From contig JBFWWG010000004.1 of NCBI GenBank assembly GCA_050246315.1, positions 1 to 64,000 of the forward strand: 64,000 bases of DNA, read 5' to 3'. Every line of letters begins with the position of its first letter. The stretch's first letter is position 1. This document shows, one piece after another, positions 1-10,010 of this stretch. A model generated the notes under the pieces. It worked only from the letters and a program-made list of their open reading frames with translations, had not been told where the DNA came from and did not search any database. Made by a program: the position numbers and the translations under genes. This DNA is from Nitrospiraceae bacterium (GTDB lineage Bacteria; Nitrospirota; Nitrospiria; Nitrospirales; Nitrospiraceae).

Positions 1-346
1 GTGCCGTGCCACGCATAGCAGCCAGTCTCTCTTTGGCCTGAAAGGACACGCAGCTGACAACCGAAAGAGGATTCTTGTGTCCATCCACTTGACATCCACA
101 TAGCAGCCTGTCGAAGCACACAAATCGAGTTTTTCCGCAACCTGCTAGAATCGGCTTTACGTCCGCCAGTAGTCCACCGTCGCCACGCCCTCGGCCATCC
201 CCATGTGAACGGAACCGACGCGACCGTCAGCCGATGTGCCGGACCAAGGCCGTTCCGGCTGCGAGCAGCCGGGCGAGATGAGAATCAACAGCAGAAGGCC
301 GATCAATCTGCAGCCACTCCGAATGAACGGCATGATCCTCATCCTA

Positions 347-988
347 CTATTGGTCTCCCGCTGACGCAGTTGTACCGAACTCATCACTCACATGAACTTG
401 CCACAGCTTGGTATACACCGGCCCTTCCGGACGCAACTCACTCTTCATCAAGGAGAGGCCGTTCAAAACCAATTTCCCCATCTCACGAGGCCGATCCAGT
501 AGGCCGCTGTTCGCCAAGGTCTGCCCTACCTGGCGTTCTCCTTCTTTGATTCGCGCGATGGTCAGGTGCGGACTGAACGGCTTGGGCTCCGGAGCAAACC
601 CGAACGGCCGGCACCCTTCATCGACGGAACGCTGCCAGGCAAGCGCCTCCGCACAGTCCTCGCTCAGTTCCCAGCCTTCTCCTGGCCCGACCCAAAGGAC
701 GCGTGGGCTCTGCATCCGCGGGAATCCGCCGACCCGCATGAGCGGCACAGACAAGGCGCGCCGCCCTCCGATGGCCTGCAGTACGGCTGCTCGTAAGGGC
801 TCCACCATCTGTTCGTCCGTCTCTCCGAGAAACTTGATCGTCAGATGCAGCGCGGCAGGCTTCACCCAGGTGATGCGCGAACCCCGAGCCTCGGCTCCCT
901 CGATCCGCCGTCTGACCTCCTGTTGCACCAGCGCCACCGCGCGACGGAGGTCGTCCGTCAGCTCGACGGCCAGAAACGCGCGGATCAT
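347..988 (-). CDS. thpR: RNA 2',3'-cyclic phosphodiesterase (2H phosphoesterase)
   Basis: MIRAFLAV start and two HxT motifs (LHLTIKFLGE, PHLTIARIK). ATG at 988 overlaps the cinA stop (ATGA). Confidence 0.9.
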   Translation of the reverse strand: MIRAFLAVELTDDLRRAVALVQQEVRRRIEGAEARGSRITWVKPAALHLTIKFLGETDEQMVEPLRAAVLQAIGGRRALSVPLMRVGGFPRMQSPRVLWVGPGEGWELSEDCAEALAWQRSVDEGCRPFGFAPEPKPFSPHLTIARIKEGERQVGQTLANSGLLDRPREMGKLVLNGLSLMKSELRPEGPVYTKLWQVHVSDEFGTTASAGDQ

Positions 989-2316
989 GCCGGCCTTCGT
1001 TCCAGCAGCCATCGTCGCACACAATCCAGGGCGGCTTGTGAGGAACGGAGTTTAATCACGTCCCGAGGCCCATGGAAGCGAAACTCCTTGCTCCGAGCTT
1101 CCCCATCCGGCGTGGCAAGCCCGACGTACACCAGTCCCACCGGCTTACCGGGTGTCGCTCCGCCCGGCCCGGCGATCCCCGTGACGCTCAGCCCAAGGGA
1201 AGAACCGCTATGCTCACGGACACCGCGGGCCATCGCCTCCGCAGTCTCTGCACTGACCGCGCCGTGCTGCCGGAGCAGCGGTCCCGGAACGGCGAGCCAC
1301 TCCTGTTTCATCCGATTGCTGTAGCAAATCACGCCGCCTTCGAAATAATCGGAAGAACCGGGAACCTGTGTCAGGCGATGCCCGATCAATCCACCGGTAC
1401 AGGATTCCGCCACGGACAAGGTGAACGATTGTCGAGTGAGCAGCCTCCCAACGACCGATTCCATCGTCCCCGACTCATCAGCATAGACAAACGGCGCAAG
1501 CTGATCGCGCATGGCGTCAAGGGTCCGCTCGACCGCTTCCGCTCCAATGAGCGGCCTTCTGCTTATGGGAGAGGCGGCGGACGGACGGCTCCGTTCCTCG
1601 TCGATCAACGTCAGCGACACGCTCACTCCCAGGGGCGAGGCATAGAGTCCCAAGCGAATCGGGCTCTCAGGAGCGAGCAGGTGGGCGATCTTGGCCTGCA
1701 CGTCGGATTCCGGGAGACCGAAGGTATGGAACATCCGCCGGACAATGTGGGCTGGCAACCGAGCCACCCTTCCGGCCATCAACTTTGATCGGATCGAGGG
1801 AACCACCGCCGCTTCGAACATCTGCTGCGCCTCGGCCGGGACTCCCGGAAGTGCCGCGATGAGCGCCCGCCCGTAACGGACCGCAAACCCGGGAGCGGAG
1901 CCGACCGGATTGGCTAAGACCGACGCGCCGCGCGGTATCAGAGCTTGGCGGAGCTGGGCATCGTTCGGAACCCGGTTCCATCCGGCCAAGCGCTCCGTCA
2001 TTTGGCGAAGCGCCTCCGTTCGGACTTGCAGGGGACGTTTGGTCACCGATGAGACCGCTTCCCTCGTACAATCGTCGATGGTGGGTCCGAGTCCTCCGGT
2101 CAGGACGATCCAGCGCGCCCGACGCGCGGCCGTCTCGATCGCGCGGGCGATGTCGCGCACCGAATCGCCGACCACGGACTTGTACCGGACTTCGATGCCT
2201 TCCCGCGCCAACGCGTCGGTCAGAAACAAGGAATTGCTGTCCAGACGTCCGCCGAGTAGGAGTTCCGATCCGATAGCGATGATTTCCGCGAACGGAGCCT
2301 GAGGCCTACGGATCAT
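985..2316 (-). CDS. cinA: Competence/damage-inducible protein CinA (MoCF-like domain + NMN deamidase PncC domain)
   Basis: IAIGSELLLG, TGGLGPTIDD and LPGVP in the N-terminal part. AESCTGG and TGIAGPGG in the C-terminal part. Usual cinA-thpR order. Confidence 0.93.
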   Translation of the reverse strand: MIRRPQAPFAEIIAIGSELLLGGRLDSNSLFLTDALAREGIEVRYKSVVGDSVRDIARAIETAARRARWIVLTGGLGPTIDDCTREAVSSVTKRPLQVRTEALRQMTERLAGWNRVPNDAQLRQALIPRGASVLANPVGSAPGFAVRYGRALIAALPGVPAEAQQMFEAAVVPSIRSKLMAGRVARLPAHIVRRMFHTFGLPESDVQAKIAHLLAPESPIRLGLYASPLGVSVSLTLIDEERSRPSAASPISRRPLIGAEAVERTLDAMRDQLAPFVYADESGTMESVVGRLLTRQSFTLSVAESCTGGLIGHRLTQVPGSSDYFEGGVICYSNRMKQEWLAVPGPLLRQHGAVSAETAEAMARGVREHSGSSLGLSVTGIAGPGGATPGKPVGLVYVGLATPDGEARSKEFRFHGPRDVIKLRSSQAALDCVRRWLLERRPA

Positions 2317-2367
2317 CTGGACCTCCGCAGGCGATTCGTCATCCGATTTGGCTCTCGACGCGCTGGC

Positions 2368-3039
2368 TCAATCGATGAGGGAGAAATCCAAATCAAACGT
2401 CACCTCTCCACCGCGGGCCGGGTAGACGAGAAGTCGCGTCTGGGCGAGCGGATCGAGATCGGCATAGTTGAAGGAGGCCACGACCTTGGCGCGGTAGGCC
2501 GGCGCCTTCGGCCAAACGGACGTGCGGGCCGCCTGGCCGTCGAAACGGACATGCTGGGGCTTTACGATCTTCCCTCCCTGGTCCATGACGAGATAGGTGT
2601 CGCGAGCGAAATCGGGACGCTCTCCGAAGAGATGCACCGTGACAAGGCACGTCTGTTCAGCCAAGATCTGATCGATGTCCGACCGGCTGGGAGTCTGTCC
2701 GCGCAGCGCGAAGTGAGAGGTCATCACGGTGATACCGACCAGTTTGCTCAGCAGAAAACCACGAGGTTCAAGTTCCTGCTCGCTGCCGAACCAGGCATAG
2801 AGGCGGTCCGGCGGCACCCGCGCCTCGGCTGCTTCTTTGCCGCGCTGCATCGCCGCCGCAACAGCGGCCGGGCTTGGCTCGATTTGGATCGCAAGACCGG
2901 GCTCGGCGAAGATCCCGGAGAAACCAAGTACGACCAGAGTAAGGCCCGTCTCCAATGGGAGGATCCGGCGCAGAATCCATCGGGTGCAGCGAGTGACCGG
3001 GAGCGACCCCTCGGAACGGGCCAGGAGCCTGTCTGACAT
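2368..3039 (-). CDS. Hypothetical exported protein (start uncertain; a MITE overlaps the 5' end)
   Basis: Long ORF with a hydrophobic signal-like stretch (LTLVVLGFSGIFAEPGLA) followed by a globular-looking domain. Confidence 0.6.
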   Translation of the reverse strand: MSDRLLARSEGSLPVTRCTRWILRRILPLETGLTLVVLGFSGIFAEPGLAIQIEPSPAAVAAAMQRGKEAAEARVPPDRLYAWFGSEQELEPRGFLLSKLVGITVMTSHFALRGQTPSRSDIDQILAEQTCLVTVHLFGERPDFARDTYLVMDQGGKIVKPQHVRFDGQAARTSVWPKAPAYRAKVVASFNYADLDPLAQTRLLVYPARGGEVTFDLDFSLID

Positions 3040-3215
3040 TGCCATTCGTGACGAGGCGAGGGAGGTGCGGTCAGATGCAAGGCCGCAGGCCCGGAAAAAC
3101 CGGAGGTGTATTCGCCGGAGTACCCGGAGTACATGGAGGATTTTTTCGGGCTGAGAACGACGCAGATGGCCGCACATCGTTCGCCGCAGTAGAAAGGTCA
3201 ATATCAGGCAGGCTC
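3025..3215. mobile_element. MITE, end type C (GAGCCTGTCTGACATTG ... CAATATCAGGCAGGCTC)
   Basis: 17-19 bp terminal inverted repeat with 2 mismatches. Flanks CCAG/CTTG resemble a decayed CTAG. Internal 9-bp duplication CCGGAGTAC. No transposase. Confidence 0.75.
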
Positions 3216-3418
3216 CTTGACCCAGCCAATCATGCGAATCCAGCCTCTGCGCCCACTGGTGGTCTTGCGCGATCACGGCTCGCAGTATCAAATGGGCGCG
3301 ACCGGCTGTCAACGGCCACCCCACCCGGCCGACACGGTTGACAATATCGCGATAGAAGTGCTACACGTGCCCACTTGCAGGCACACGAGTCAAGTATGCG
3401 ATTCGACGGAGGAATGTA

Positions 3419-4144
3419 ATGGCAGGTCCTGAACAGCAACAGCCATCCCAGCAGCCCCAGCGGCGGCAGTACTGTAATTTCATCTTTTACAAGGTTGATC
3501 CTGCCTGGCGCCGCTTGCCCGAAGATGAGCGGACCCGCGGCAAGCAAGAATTCATCAGGGCCATCGAAGAATACCAGGGAAAAGTCATCGTCATCGCCTA
3601 CAGCACCGTCGGCATCAGGCCGGAAACGGACATCATGCTCTGGCGCATTTCCTACGAACTGGAATTGTTCCAGGAAATGTCGACCAAGATCATGGCCAGC
3701 GGGCTTGGAAAATACCTGTCCACGCCCTATTCCTATCTCTCCATGACCAAACGATCCGTGTATGTGGACAACCATTCGCACGAAGGCCAGGAAAGCAAGC
3801 GGCTGACGATCATCCCGGGCCGGAGCAAGTACATCTTTGTGTATCCGTTCCTGAAGACGCGTGAGTGGTTCCTGCTCACCAAGGCCGCACGCCAGGGCAT
3901 GATGGATGAGCATATTGAAGTGGGGCATCGGTTCCCCTCCGTGAAACTGAACACCACCTATAGCTTCGGTCTCGACGATCAGGAGTGGGTGGTGGCCTTC
4001 GAATCGGACAAACCTGAAGATTTTTTGGATCTCGTCATGGCGCTCAGGGAAACCGAGGGCAGCCGGTACACGCTTCGAGACACACCGATCTTCACCTGCC
4101 TCCGCAAGAGTCTCAAGGAAACGCTCGATACCTTGGGCGGTTGA
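3419..4144 (+). CDS. Chlorite dismutase-family heme protein, probably coproheme decarboxylase (ChdC/HemQ-like)
   Basis: Cld-family signature (MMDEHIEVG...TTYSFGLDDQEWVVAFE). Y-P-F-x-K motif typical of ChdC. SD GGAGG upstream. Confidence 0.8.
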   Translation: MAGPEQQQPSQQPQRRQYCNFIFYKVDPAWRRLPEDERTRGKQEFIRAIEEYQGKVIVIAYSTVGIRPETDIMLWRISYELELFQEMSTKIMASGLGKYLSTPYSYLSMTKRSVYVDNHSHEGQESKRLTIIPGRSKYIFVYPFLKTREWFLLTKAARQGMMDEHIEVGHRFPSVKLNTTYSFGLDDQEWVVAFESDKPEDFLDLVMALRETEGSRYTLRDTPIFTCLRKSLKETLDTLGG

Positions 4145-4252
4145 ATGAGGGTGCGAGTATCGGGTCCCCCTGCGGCCTTCGGAAGTATTTCCGAAGGCCG
4201 TTTGTGCTTTCGGAGCCGTTGATTCGCACGCCGGGTGGCCAGATCTGCACCT

Positions 4253-4927
4253 ATGACCGAGTCACCGTCCGTCTCGCCGCCTACTCCGTCCCGGCTGCCC
4301 GTCCTCCTGTCCGGTTTCCTTCCCGGACTCGGCCAACTCACCCAGGGACGGCCCCGCCAGGCATTCTGGATCATCGCCATCACCGTACTGTTGTACTTGA
4401 TCGGCCGTGGGCTCGGGCGCGTGACCGATGTGAGCGCCGAGATATTCTACTTCATGTTGGTCGTGCTGCCCTGGTGGACCGTCCAAGCCTATGATGCCTC
4501 CTTCGCCCAAGGCCGCTTGTCCGCCGGAGGTCGCCATACCCTCATCCATTCGCTCAAACAGGCCTGGACCGAGGGGCACGACCTTCGCTACCTCGGCGCG
4601 CTCTTCTTTCTTTCCGCTTTCATGGACCTCTATATCATTCTGATGAATCCGGATTACGCGTTGCCGGTCTTCTGCTCGAAACCGACCGGGTGGCTTGGCT
4701 TGGCGGTCAAGGCCCAGTCCCCTCCCGCCCATCTGTTGATCGGATACGGCTTCGTACGGCTGCGCCGGTGGGCCCTCGTTTTGTACCTGGTCTACGCCGC
4801 CTACCAAGTCATTAGCGCCATGGTGAATTATGTGTGCTTCGGTTATGGGAGGATTCGGACGGTCATGTTCGTGACGCTGCTGATATTCACCGCATACATC
4901 CTCTGGAGACGGGAGCGATTCGCCTGA
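4253..4927 (+). CDS. Hypothetical integral membrane protein
   Basis: Several hydrophobic segments; LPGLGQL motif near the N-terminus. Confidence 0.7.
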   Translation: MTESPSVSPPTPSRLPVLLSGFLPGLGQLTQGRPRQAFWIIAITVLLYLIGRGLGRVTDVSAEIFYFMLVVLPWWTVQAYDASFAQGRLSAGGRHTLIHSLKQAWTEGHDLRYLGALFFLSAFMDLYIILMNPDYALPVFCSKPTGWLGLAVKAQSPPAHLLIGYGFVRLRRWALVLYLVYAAYQVISAMVNYVCFGYGRIRTVMFVTLLIFTAYILWRRERFA

Positions 4928-5011
4928 TCAGCCCATCGGCTCCCGCTTTGACAGCGTTTTGAAGGCTATGTTATTGGTGAAGAGTCCGGTCCGTCGTCAG
5001 GCGATCTCGGG

Positions 5012-5260
5012 ATGAACAACAGCGAGCCCATCTACGCGGTCCGATATCCGGACGGCTCCGTCAGTCTGTATGTGGACGAGGAGTATGCCCTGGATCAGGG
5101 CATCGACCCCTCCAAGCTGGTACGGGTCGATGTGCCGCGCGAATTGTACAGCACCGGAACCGTTCAGGATATCCGGGAATATGTCGCCAACCACATCGAA
5201 TCACTGACGACCGGTTCCGCCGATCACAAGGGGAAGCATGAGTTCCGCCATGACCATTGA
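5012..5260 (+). CDS. Small hypothetical protein
   Basis: ATG-start ORF with protein-like composition, overlapping the start of the next gene. Confidence 0.6.
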   Translation: MNNSEPIYAVRYPDGSVSLYVDEEYALDQGIDPSKLVRVDVPRELYSTGTVQDIREYVANHIESLTTGSADHKGKHEFRHDH

Positions 5261-6413
5261 CCTGATCGAATCGACGATCGCCACGCTCCCAGTCCAAGGA
5301 CGCATCATGCTGCGACTCCTGCTGCTGTCCTACTTCGATGTGACGAAGGAAGACTGCGACTTCATGGCCGCCGACCAGCCTGACTCCCGGATGTTATCGG
5401 GCAAGCGGTTACCGACCCCGGTTGTCCCCATCGACAGGATCAAGGCGGTCGTTGAGCGAGTCGCCCAATATCGGCGGTACGTCCGCATCAAACGCGAGCG
5501 GGCCTGGCTTCAGGTGGAAGGGCTTCAGAAGCTCATCCAACTGAACAGCGCCAGAGCGGCGGTGGCAGCCGACCTCTTGCGCACCCGTTTCGGAGTTCCC
5601 ACGGAGGGAGTGGAGGAGCTGAAGCGCGAGGCCAGAACCATGGTGCCCAAACCGGCGCAGCGTTCGCTCGACCAGCAGTGGGACCGGGATGAAATCGAGG
5701 AGGAAGCCTACCGAAAGTCACGGCTTTGCCTGGAATTCCAGTTCCTCATGCGCCGAATCGAGCGGGAACGCCGGCTACTGGACATTGCAGAACGAGAACT
5801 GCAGACCACTTCCCATGCTCCCCTGCAAGATCACGAGATCGGCCATATTTGGGGGATTCCCGCCGGCACGCTAATGGCGAGGAAGGTCAAATTTCTGAGC
5901 GCCTACGTCCAGGCCTTGCAACGTCGTCTGTCCGCGCCGGATGCGTTGCCGCTAACCCAGGCGCAAACGCCTATCGACCTCTGGAAGGAAACCTTCACGG
6001 TCTTGTCCAAGCAACCAGTCGAGCGATCCTTAGCCCAATACGACGGGTTGGAACAGACGGAAGACGCCTTTATGGTCAAGCTTCAGGCCTTCGTCGCCAG
6101 CCGTCTGCCCGAAGATGCTCAGACCAAGTTCTGGCTCTCGCTGGGGAAAGGGGGCAGTTCCAACGCAGTCCATGCCGAGGAAGGATGGTCCGTCTTCGGG
6201 TTGCAAAAGCTTTGCGCCGTTCTGACGGAAACCGATCAAAGCCCGGAGATGCTGGAGGAAGAATTGCTCGCCCTCGTCTCGCCGCAACGGAAGCTGGCGC
6301 CGGGCGAACTCCCTCCGCCGGCGACAGAAAAGGTCGAGATCAACGAGATGGCGCAACACGTCTTAAATAGCATGTTCGGCGAGGTTCGATCCTCGAGCGA
6401 ACCGACGCGTTGA
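5238..6413 (+). CDS. Hypothetical protein (helical/coiled-coil rich)
   Basis: 391-aa ORF with normal composition and no recognised motif. Confidence 0.7.
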   Translation: MSSAMTIDLIESTIATLPVQGRIMLRLLLLSYFDVTKEDCDFMAADQPDSRMLSGKRLPTPVVPIDRIKAVVERVAQYRRYVRIKRERAWLQVEGLQKLIQLNSARAAVAADLLRTRFGVPTEGVEELKREARTMVPKPAQRSLDQQWDRDEIEEEAYRKSRLCLEFQFLMRRIERERRLLDIAERELQTTSHAPLQDHEIGHIWGIPAGTLMARKVKFLSAYVQALQRRLSAPDALPLTQAQTPIDLWKETFTVLSKQPVERSLAQYDGLEQTEDAFMVKLQAFVASRLPEDAQTKFWLSLGKGGSSNAVHAEEGWSVFGLQKLCAVLTETDQSPEMLEEELLALVSPQRKLAPGELPPPATEKVEINEMAQHVLNSMFGEVRSSSEPTR

Positions 6414-6548
6414 GTTCCGGCAGATCCGCGAGATCTGCGCCGGCCGGTTCCCCACCGATCAGATCCGTTTCAGGGCCAACATTTTCTTTTTCACCAACCG
6501 TTTTCCTGGAGGAAGGTTCTGCGGTATAATCCCAACAAAGGATCAATC

Positions 6549-6962
6549 GTGACGCAACGATCGCCTTTGACGACCACCTCAATCCACGCGTGGGCAATCT
6601 GGTTTTTCCTCAGCCTATTCCTTCCGTTCTCGATCGCCGCCAACGTGCTCGAGATCGCGGAACTCGTCAGCCATCCCGAACAATACGACCACCAAACGGT
6701 AATCATCGCGGGCCAAGTCAGCAACTTCCAACTGGCCACCACCCGCGACGGCAAGGCCGCCTACGGCTTTCTGATCAAGGATCAAGCCGGGACAGTCAAG
6801 GTGGTGGCGCTGGGACAAGCGGAAATTCGAGAGGGCGATCTGGTCATCGTTGAAGGCATTTTCAGTCGCATGCGCCAGTCGGGCCGTGCAATCGTGTACA
6901 ACGAGATCAAGGCCATCGGCGTCCGCTCCATGAGTCGCCTGAATCCCGACTTGGTCGGCTGA
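6549..6962 (+). CDS. Exported OB-fold-like protein
   Basis: Signal/TM segment followed by a beta-rich VIIAGQV...FLIKD...GDLVIVEGIF pattern. Confidence 0.6.
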   Translation: MTQRSPLTTTSIHAWAIWFFLSLFLPFSIAANVLEIAELVSHPEQYDHQTVIIAGQVSNFQLATTRDGKAAYGFLIKDQAGTVKVVALGQAEIREGDLVIVEGIFSRMRQSGRAIVYNEIKAIGVRSMSRLNPDLVG

Positions 6963-7111
6963 CCGTCCTTCTCGTTCCGCTCCGTTCCCTTCAATTCTCA
7001 CGTCGTCACGACTCCCCAACCACCAACCGATTCGGTTTGAAATCCACCGCGTGGATCGGGCAAGCTGGATCTTGCTCAACTTCGGGACAATGACGCTCCC
7101 TGCAGGATTTC

Positions 7112-8938
7112 ATGGCCTCGCGAATTGAAGACTATGCGCTGATCGGCGACACCCATACCGCGGCCCTCGTTGGACGGGACGGCTCCATCGACTGGTATTG
7201 CGCACCCCGTTTTGATTCCGCTGCCTGTTTTGCCGCGCTGCTCGGCACCAAGGACAACGGGCGCTGGCTGCTTGCGCCCAAGGATGAGGTGCAGGTGGTC
7301 CGCCGCCGTTATCGCGAAGGGACGCTGATCCTGGAAACGGAGTACCGGACCGAGGGCGGGACGGCCACCGTCATCGATTGGATGCCGCCACATGACACAA
7401 CCATCGACCTGATCCGGTCGGTAGTCGGCATCAAGGGGCAGGTCCGTATGACCATGGAACTGATCATCCGCTTCGACTACGGATGGGTGGTCCCCTGGGT
7501 CAGAAGGCGGGATGGGCTTCTCGAAGCGCTTGCCGGTCCCGATGCGCTCGATTTGCGGACCGAGGTGAAACTCGAAGGGAAAGGATTTGCCACCGTCGCA
7601 GAGTTCACGGTGACGGAGGGGCAGGAGGTCCCGTTCGTGTTGACCTGGCGGCCCTCGCATGGCAGTCCGCCTGAGCCGATCGATGTCCGCCGGGCCTTGG
7701 CCGAAACCGAAATCTGGTGGCGCAACTGGTCGGACCGATGCACCTACCAAGGCCCCTGGCGAGAGGCCGTCCTCCGATCCTTGATCACGCTCAAAGCGTT
7801 GACCTATGCGCCGACCGGCGGGATCGTGGCCGCCGTGACCACCTCGCTGCCGGAACATATCGGCGGAGTTCGCAATTGGGATTACCGGTACTGCTGGGTG
7901 CGGGATGCGACGTTCACGCTCTATGCCCTGTTGTTGGCCGGCTATCACGAGGAAGCGCTTGCCTGGCGGGAATGGCTCCTGCGGGCGACAGCCGGCAATC
8001 CGTCCGAATTGCAGATCATGTACGGATTATCGGGCGAGCGCCGGCTTCTCGAATACAGTCTGGATTGGCTTCCAGGGTACGAGGGTTCGGTTCCCGTCAG
8101 GGTCGGTAATGCCGCGTCGCATCAGTTTCAGCTCGACGTCTACGGCGAGATCCTGGACACCGCGCACATCGCGAGGCGCGCCGGCATCGAACCGAATGAG
8201 ATGGCCTGGGAGTTTCAGCAGCACCTGCTGGAATTTCTCGAATCGGCCTGGGAGCGGCCCGATGAAGGCATCTGGGAAGTACGCGGGCCGCGGCGGCATT
8301 TTACACATTCCAAGATCATGGCCTGGGTCGGCGTCGACCGCGGGATCAAGGCCATCGAGCGATTCGGACGGTCCGGTCCGCTGGAGCGATGGAAAGCCCT
8401 GCGCCAGGCCATTCACGAGCAAGTCTGCCGCGAAGGCTATGATCCGCAGCGCGGTGCCTTCATGCAGTATTATGGCGCGAAGCAAGTGGATGCCAGCGCG
8501 CTGATGATTCCCTTGGTCGGCTTCCTTCCCGCCACCGACCCGCGCGTCGTCGGCACGGTGAAGAAAATCGAGCAGGACCTCGTAGAACATGGATTCGTCA
8601 AACGCTACGAGCCCCAGCCCTCGGTCGACGGCTTGCCGCCCGGAGAAGGCGCATTTCTGACCTGCACGTTTTGGCTGGCAGACAACCTGGCTCTGATGGG
8701 TCAACAAGAACGTGCTTGCGAGCTCTTCACCCGCCTCTTGGACATTCGGAACGACGTCGGCCTCCTGGCCGAAGAATACGATCTCGTCTCCCGCCGCCAA
8801 CTGGGAAACTTTCCGCAGGCTCTTTCTCATATCTCGCTCATCAATACCGCCTACAACCTGACGCGTTGCGCCGAGAAACCAGCCGAAGATCGACCGGCGG
8901 CGGACAGACCCGCCCAACAACATCTGAGAGCGGAGTAA
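7112..8938 (+). CDS. Glycoside hydrolase family 15 (trehalase/glucoamylase-like)
   Basis: IEDYALIGD, RNWDYRYCWVRD, QLDVYGE, GIWEVRG, LLAEEYD and GNFPQALSH motifs. Confidence 0.93.
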   Translation: MASRIEDYALIGDTHTAALVGRDGSIDWYCAPRFDSAACFAALLGTKDNGRWLLAPKDEVQVVRRRYREGTLILETEYRTEGGTATVIDWMPPHDTTIDLIRSVVGIKGQVRMTMELIIRFDYGWVVPWVRRRDGLLEALAGPDALDLRTEVKLEGKGFATVAEFTVTEGQEVPFVLTWRPSHGSPPEPIDVRRALAETEIWWRNWSDRCTYQGPWREAVLRSLITLKALTYAPTGGIVAAVTTSLPEHIGGVRNWDYRYCWVRDATFTLYALLLAGYHEEALAWREWLLRATAGNPSELQIMYGLSGERRLLEYSLDWLPGYEGSVPVRVGNAASHQFQLDVYGEILDTAHIARRAGIEPNEMAWEFQQHLLEFLESAWERPDEGIWEVRGPRRHFTHSKIMAWVGVDRGIKAIERFGRSGPLERWKALRQAIHEQVCREGYDPQRGAFMQYYGAKQVDASALMIPLVGFLPATDPRVVGTVKKIEQDLVEHGFVKRYEPQPSVDGLPPGEGAFLTCTFWLADNLALMGQQERACELFTRLLDIRNDVGLLAEEYDLVSRRQLGNFPQALSHISLINTAYNLTRCAEKPAEDRPAADRPAQQHLRAE

Positions 8939-9164
8939 CCCGTCACACTTCCAATCGGTCCGGTCGGCGAGCCGCCGGCTCCATATCGTAGAATCGGCGA
9001 GTCGAGCGGAGGAGGCGTTGGGTCCGGCGAGCCGCGATCGGGCGTCGGGGAGGAACCGGCTCCGAGCTAGAGTCGGGCGAGATGGGCGATGGATCAGGTT
9101 GGACAGGGCCGCCGGCCGACGGCTCCCCACCTCCTCGGACCGGAATGAGACGAAGTCGGGACGC

Positions 9165-9848
9165 TCAGCGGGAAGGAGTCGCGTCTTCCAGTGACCGGCC
9201 TGTCAGGGCTTCGTAGGCATCCGACACCGACCGTACCGGCGAGACCTGCATCAAGAACGGCGTTTGCCAATCGGCGTCGGACACGTCGATTTCATCGGGC
9301 ACGAGGACTCGACGGAGGTGTTTTTCTCCTGCGGCCTTGACCTTCAACGGGACTTGACCGACAGAACCAATGGAGCCATCCTCGGTGACGGTGCCGGTCA
9401 TGACGGCATCGCGCGGGATGTCGTCACCCTTGGCCAGCGCCGCAACCGCGAGTCCCGCCATGGCGGAGAGACTGTCGCCGTAAACGACAACCCCGGGGTC
9501 GATAACCGAAAACGAGACCGACCAAGAATCCGTATCGAGATGCGCCTGCCTCGCGACCCGATCGATCGCCGCCAGCACCGCACTCTGGGCGTAGGCGGAA
9601 AACTGGCCCGGGGTGCTGCGAAAGGTCACCATGATCCCCTGGCGGTCCGGACGCCTTTCAAGTCCGACCGCAACCTCTCCAACCGTCCCGACCAGTTCGT
9701 TGCGCTGATTGACGGTCGTCCCCAAAATGCGAATGGCTTGTACGCGACGCCAGACCACGTCCTCCCCTTTTGCCCAAACCAGGGCTGGAAGCGCCGCCCA
9801 GGCCGCAAGCAGAAGCAGGAACCCGACGCTTCGGAATCCCAGCCGCAT
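9165..9848 (-). CDS. Exported S16 (Lon-type) protease domain protein without ATPase
   Basis: Signal peptide; GDSLSA (catalytic Ser region); MTGTV..DGSIGSVG..PLKVKAA (catalytic Lys). Confidence 0.8.
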   Translation of the reverse strand: MRLGFRSVGFLLLLAAWAALPALVWAKGEDVVWRRVQAIRILGTTVNQRNELVGTVGEVAVGLERRPDRQGIMVTFRSTPGQFSAYAQSAVLAAIDRVARQAHLDTDSWSVSFSVIDPGVVVYGDSLSAMAGLAVAALAKGDDIPRDAVMTGTVTEDGSIGSVGQVPLKVKAAGEKHLRRVLVPDEIDVSDADWQTPFLMQVSPVRSVSDAYEALTGRSLEDATPSR

Positions 9849-10010
9849 CGCTATCCAGCCCCCGTGCAAACTGAAGTGGTGACTGACCGACGGTTCGCGT
9901 CGATTGCCTTCAGTCTCGCGCAACAACGTTCACTGACAGGCATTTCGTGATTTCTGCCCAGCCGAAGTGAATCGGTGCGAATTGGTGGACGCGCCCTTCG
10001 AAGCTGTCCG

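Noticed and set aside
1..346. Possible gene or SOS box downstream of thpR
   Set aside because: The short ORFs are unconvincing and I could not support any operator consensus.
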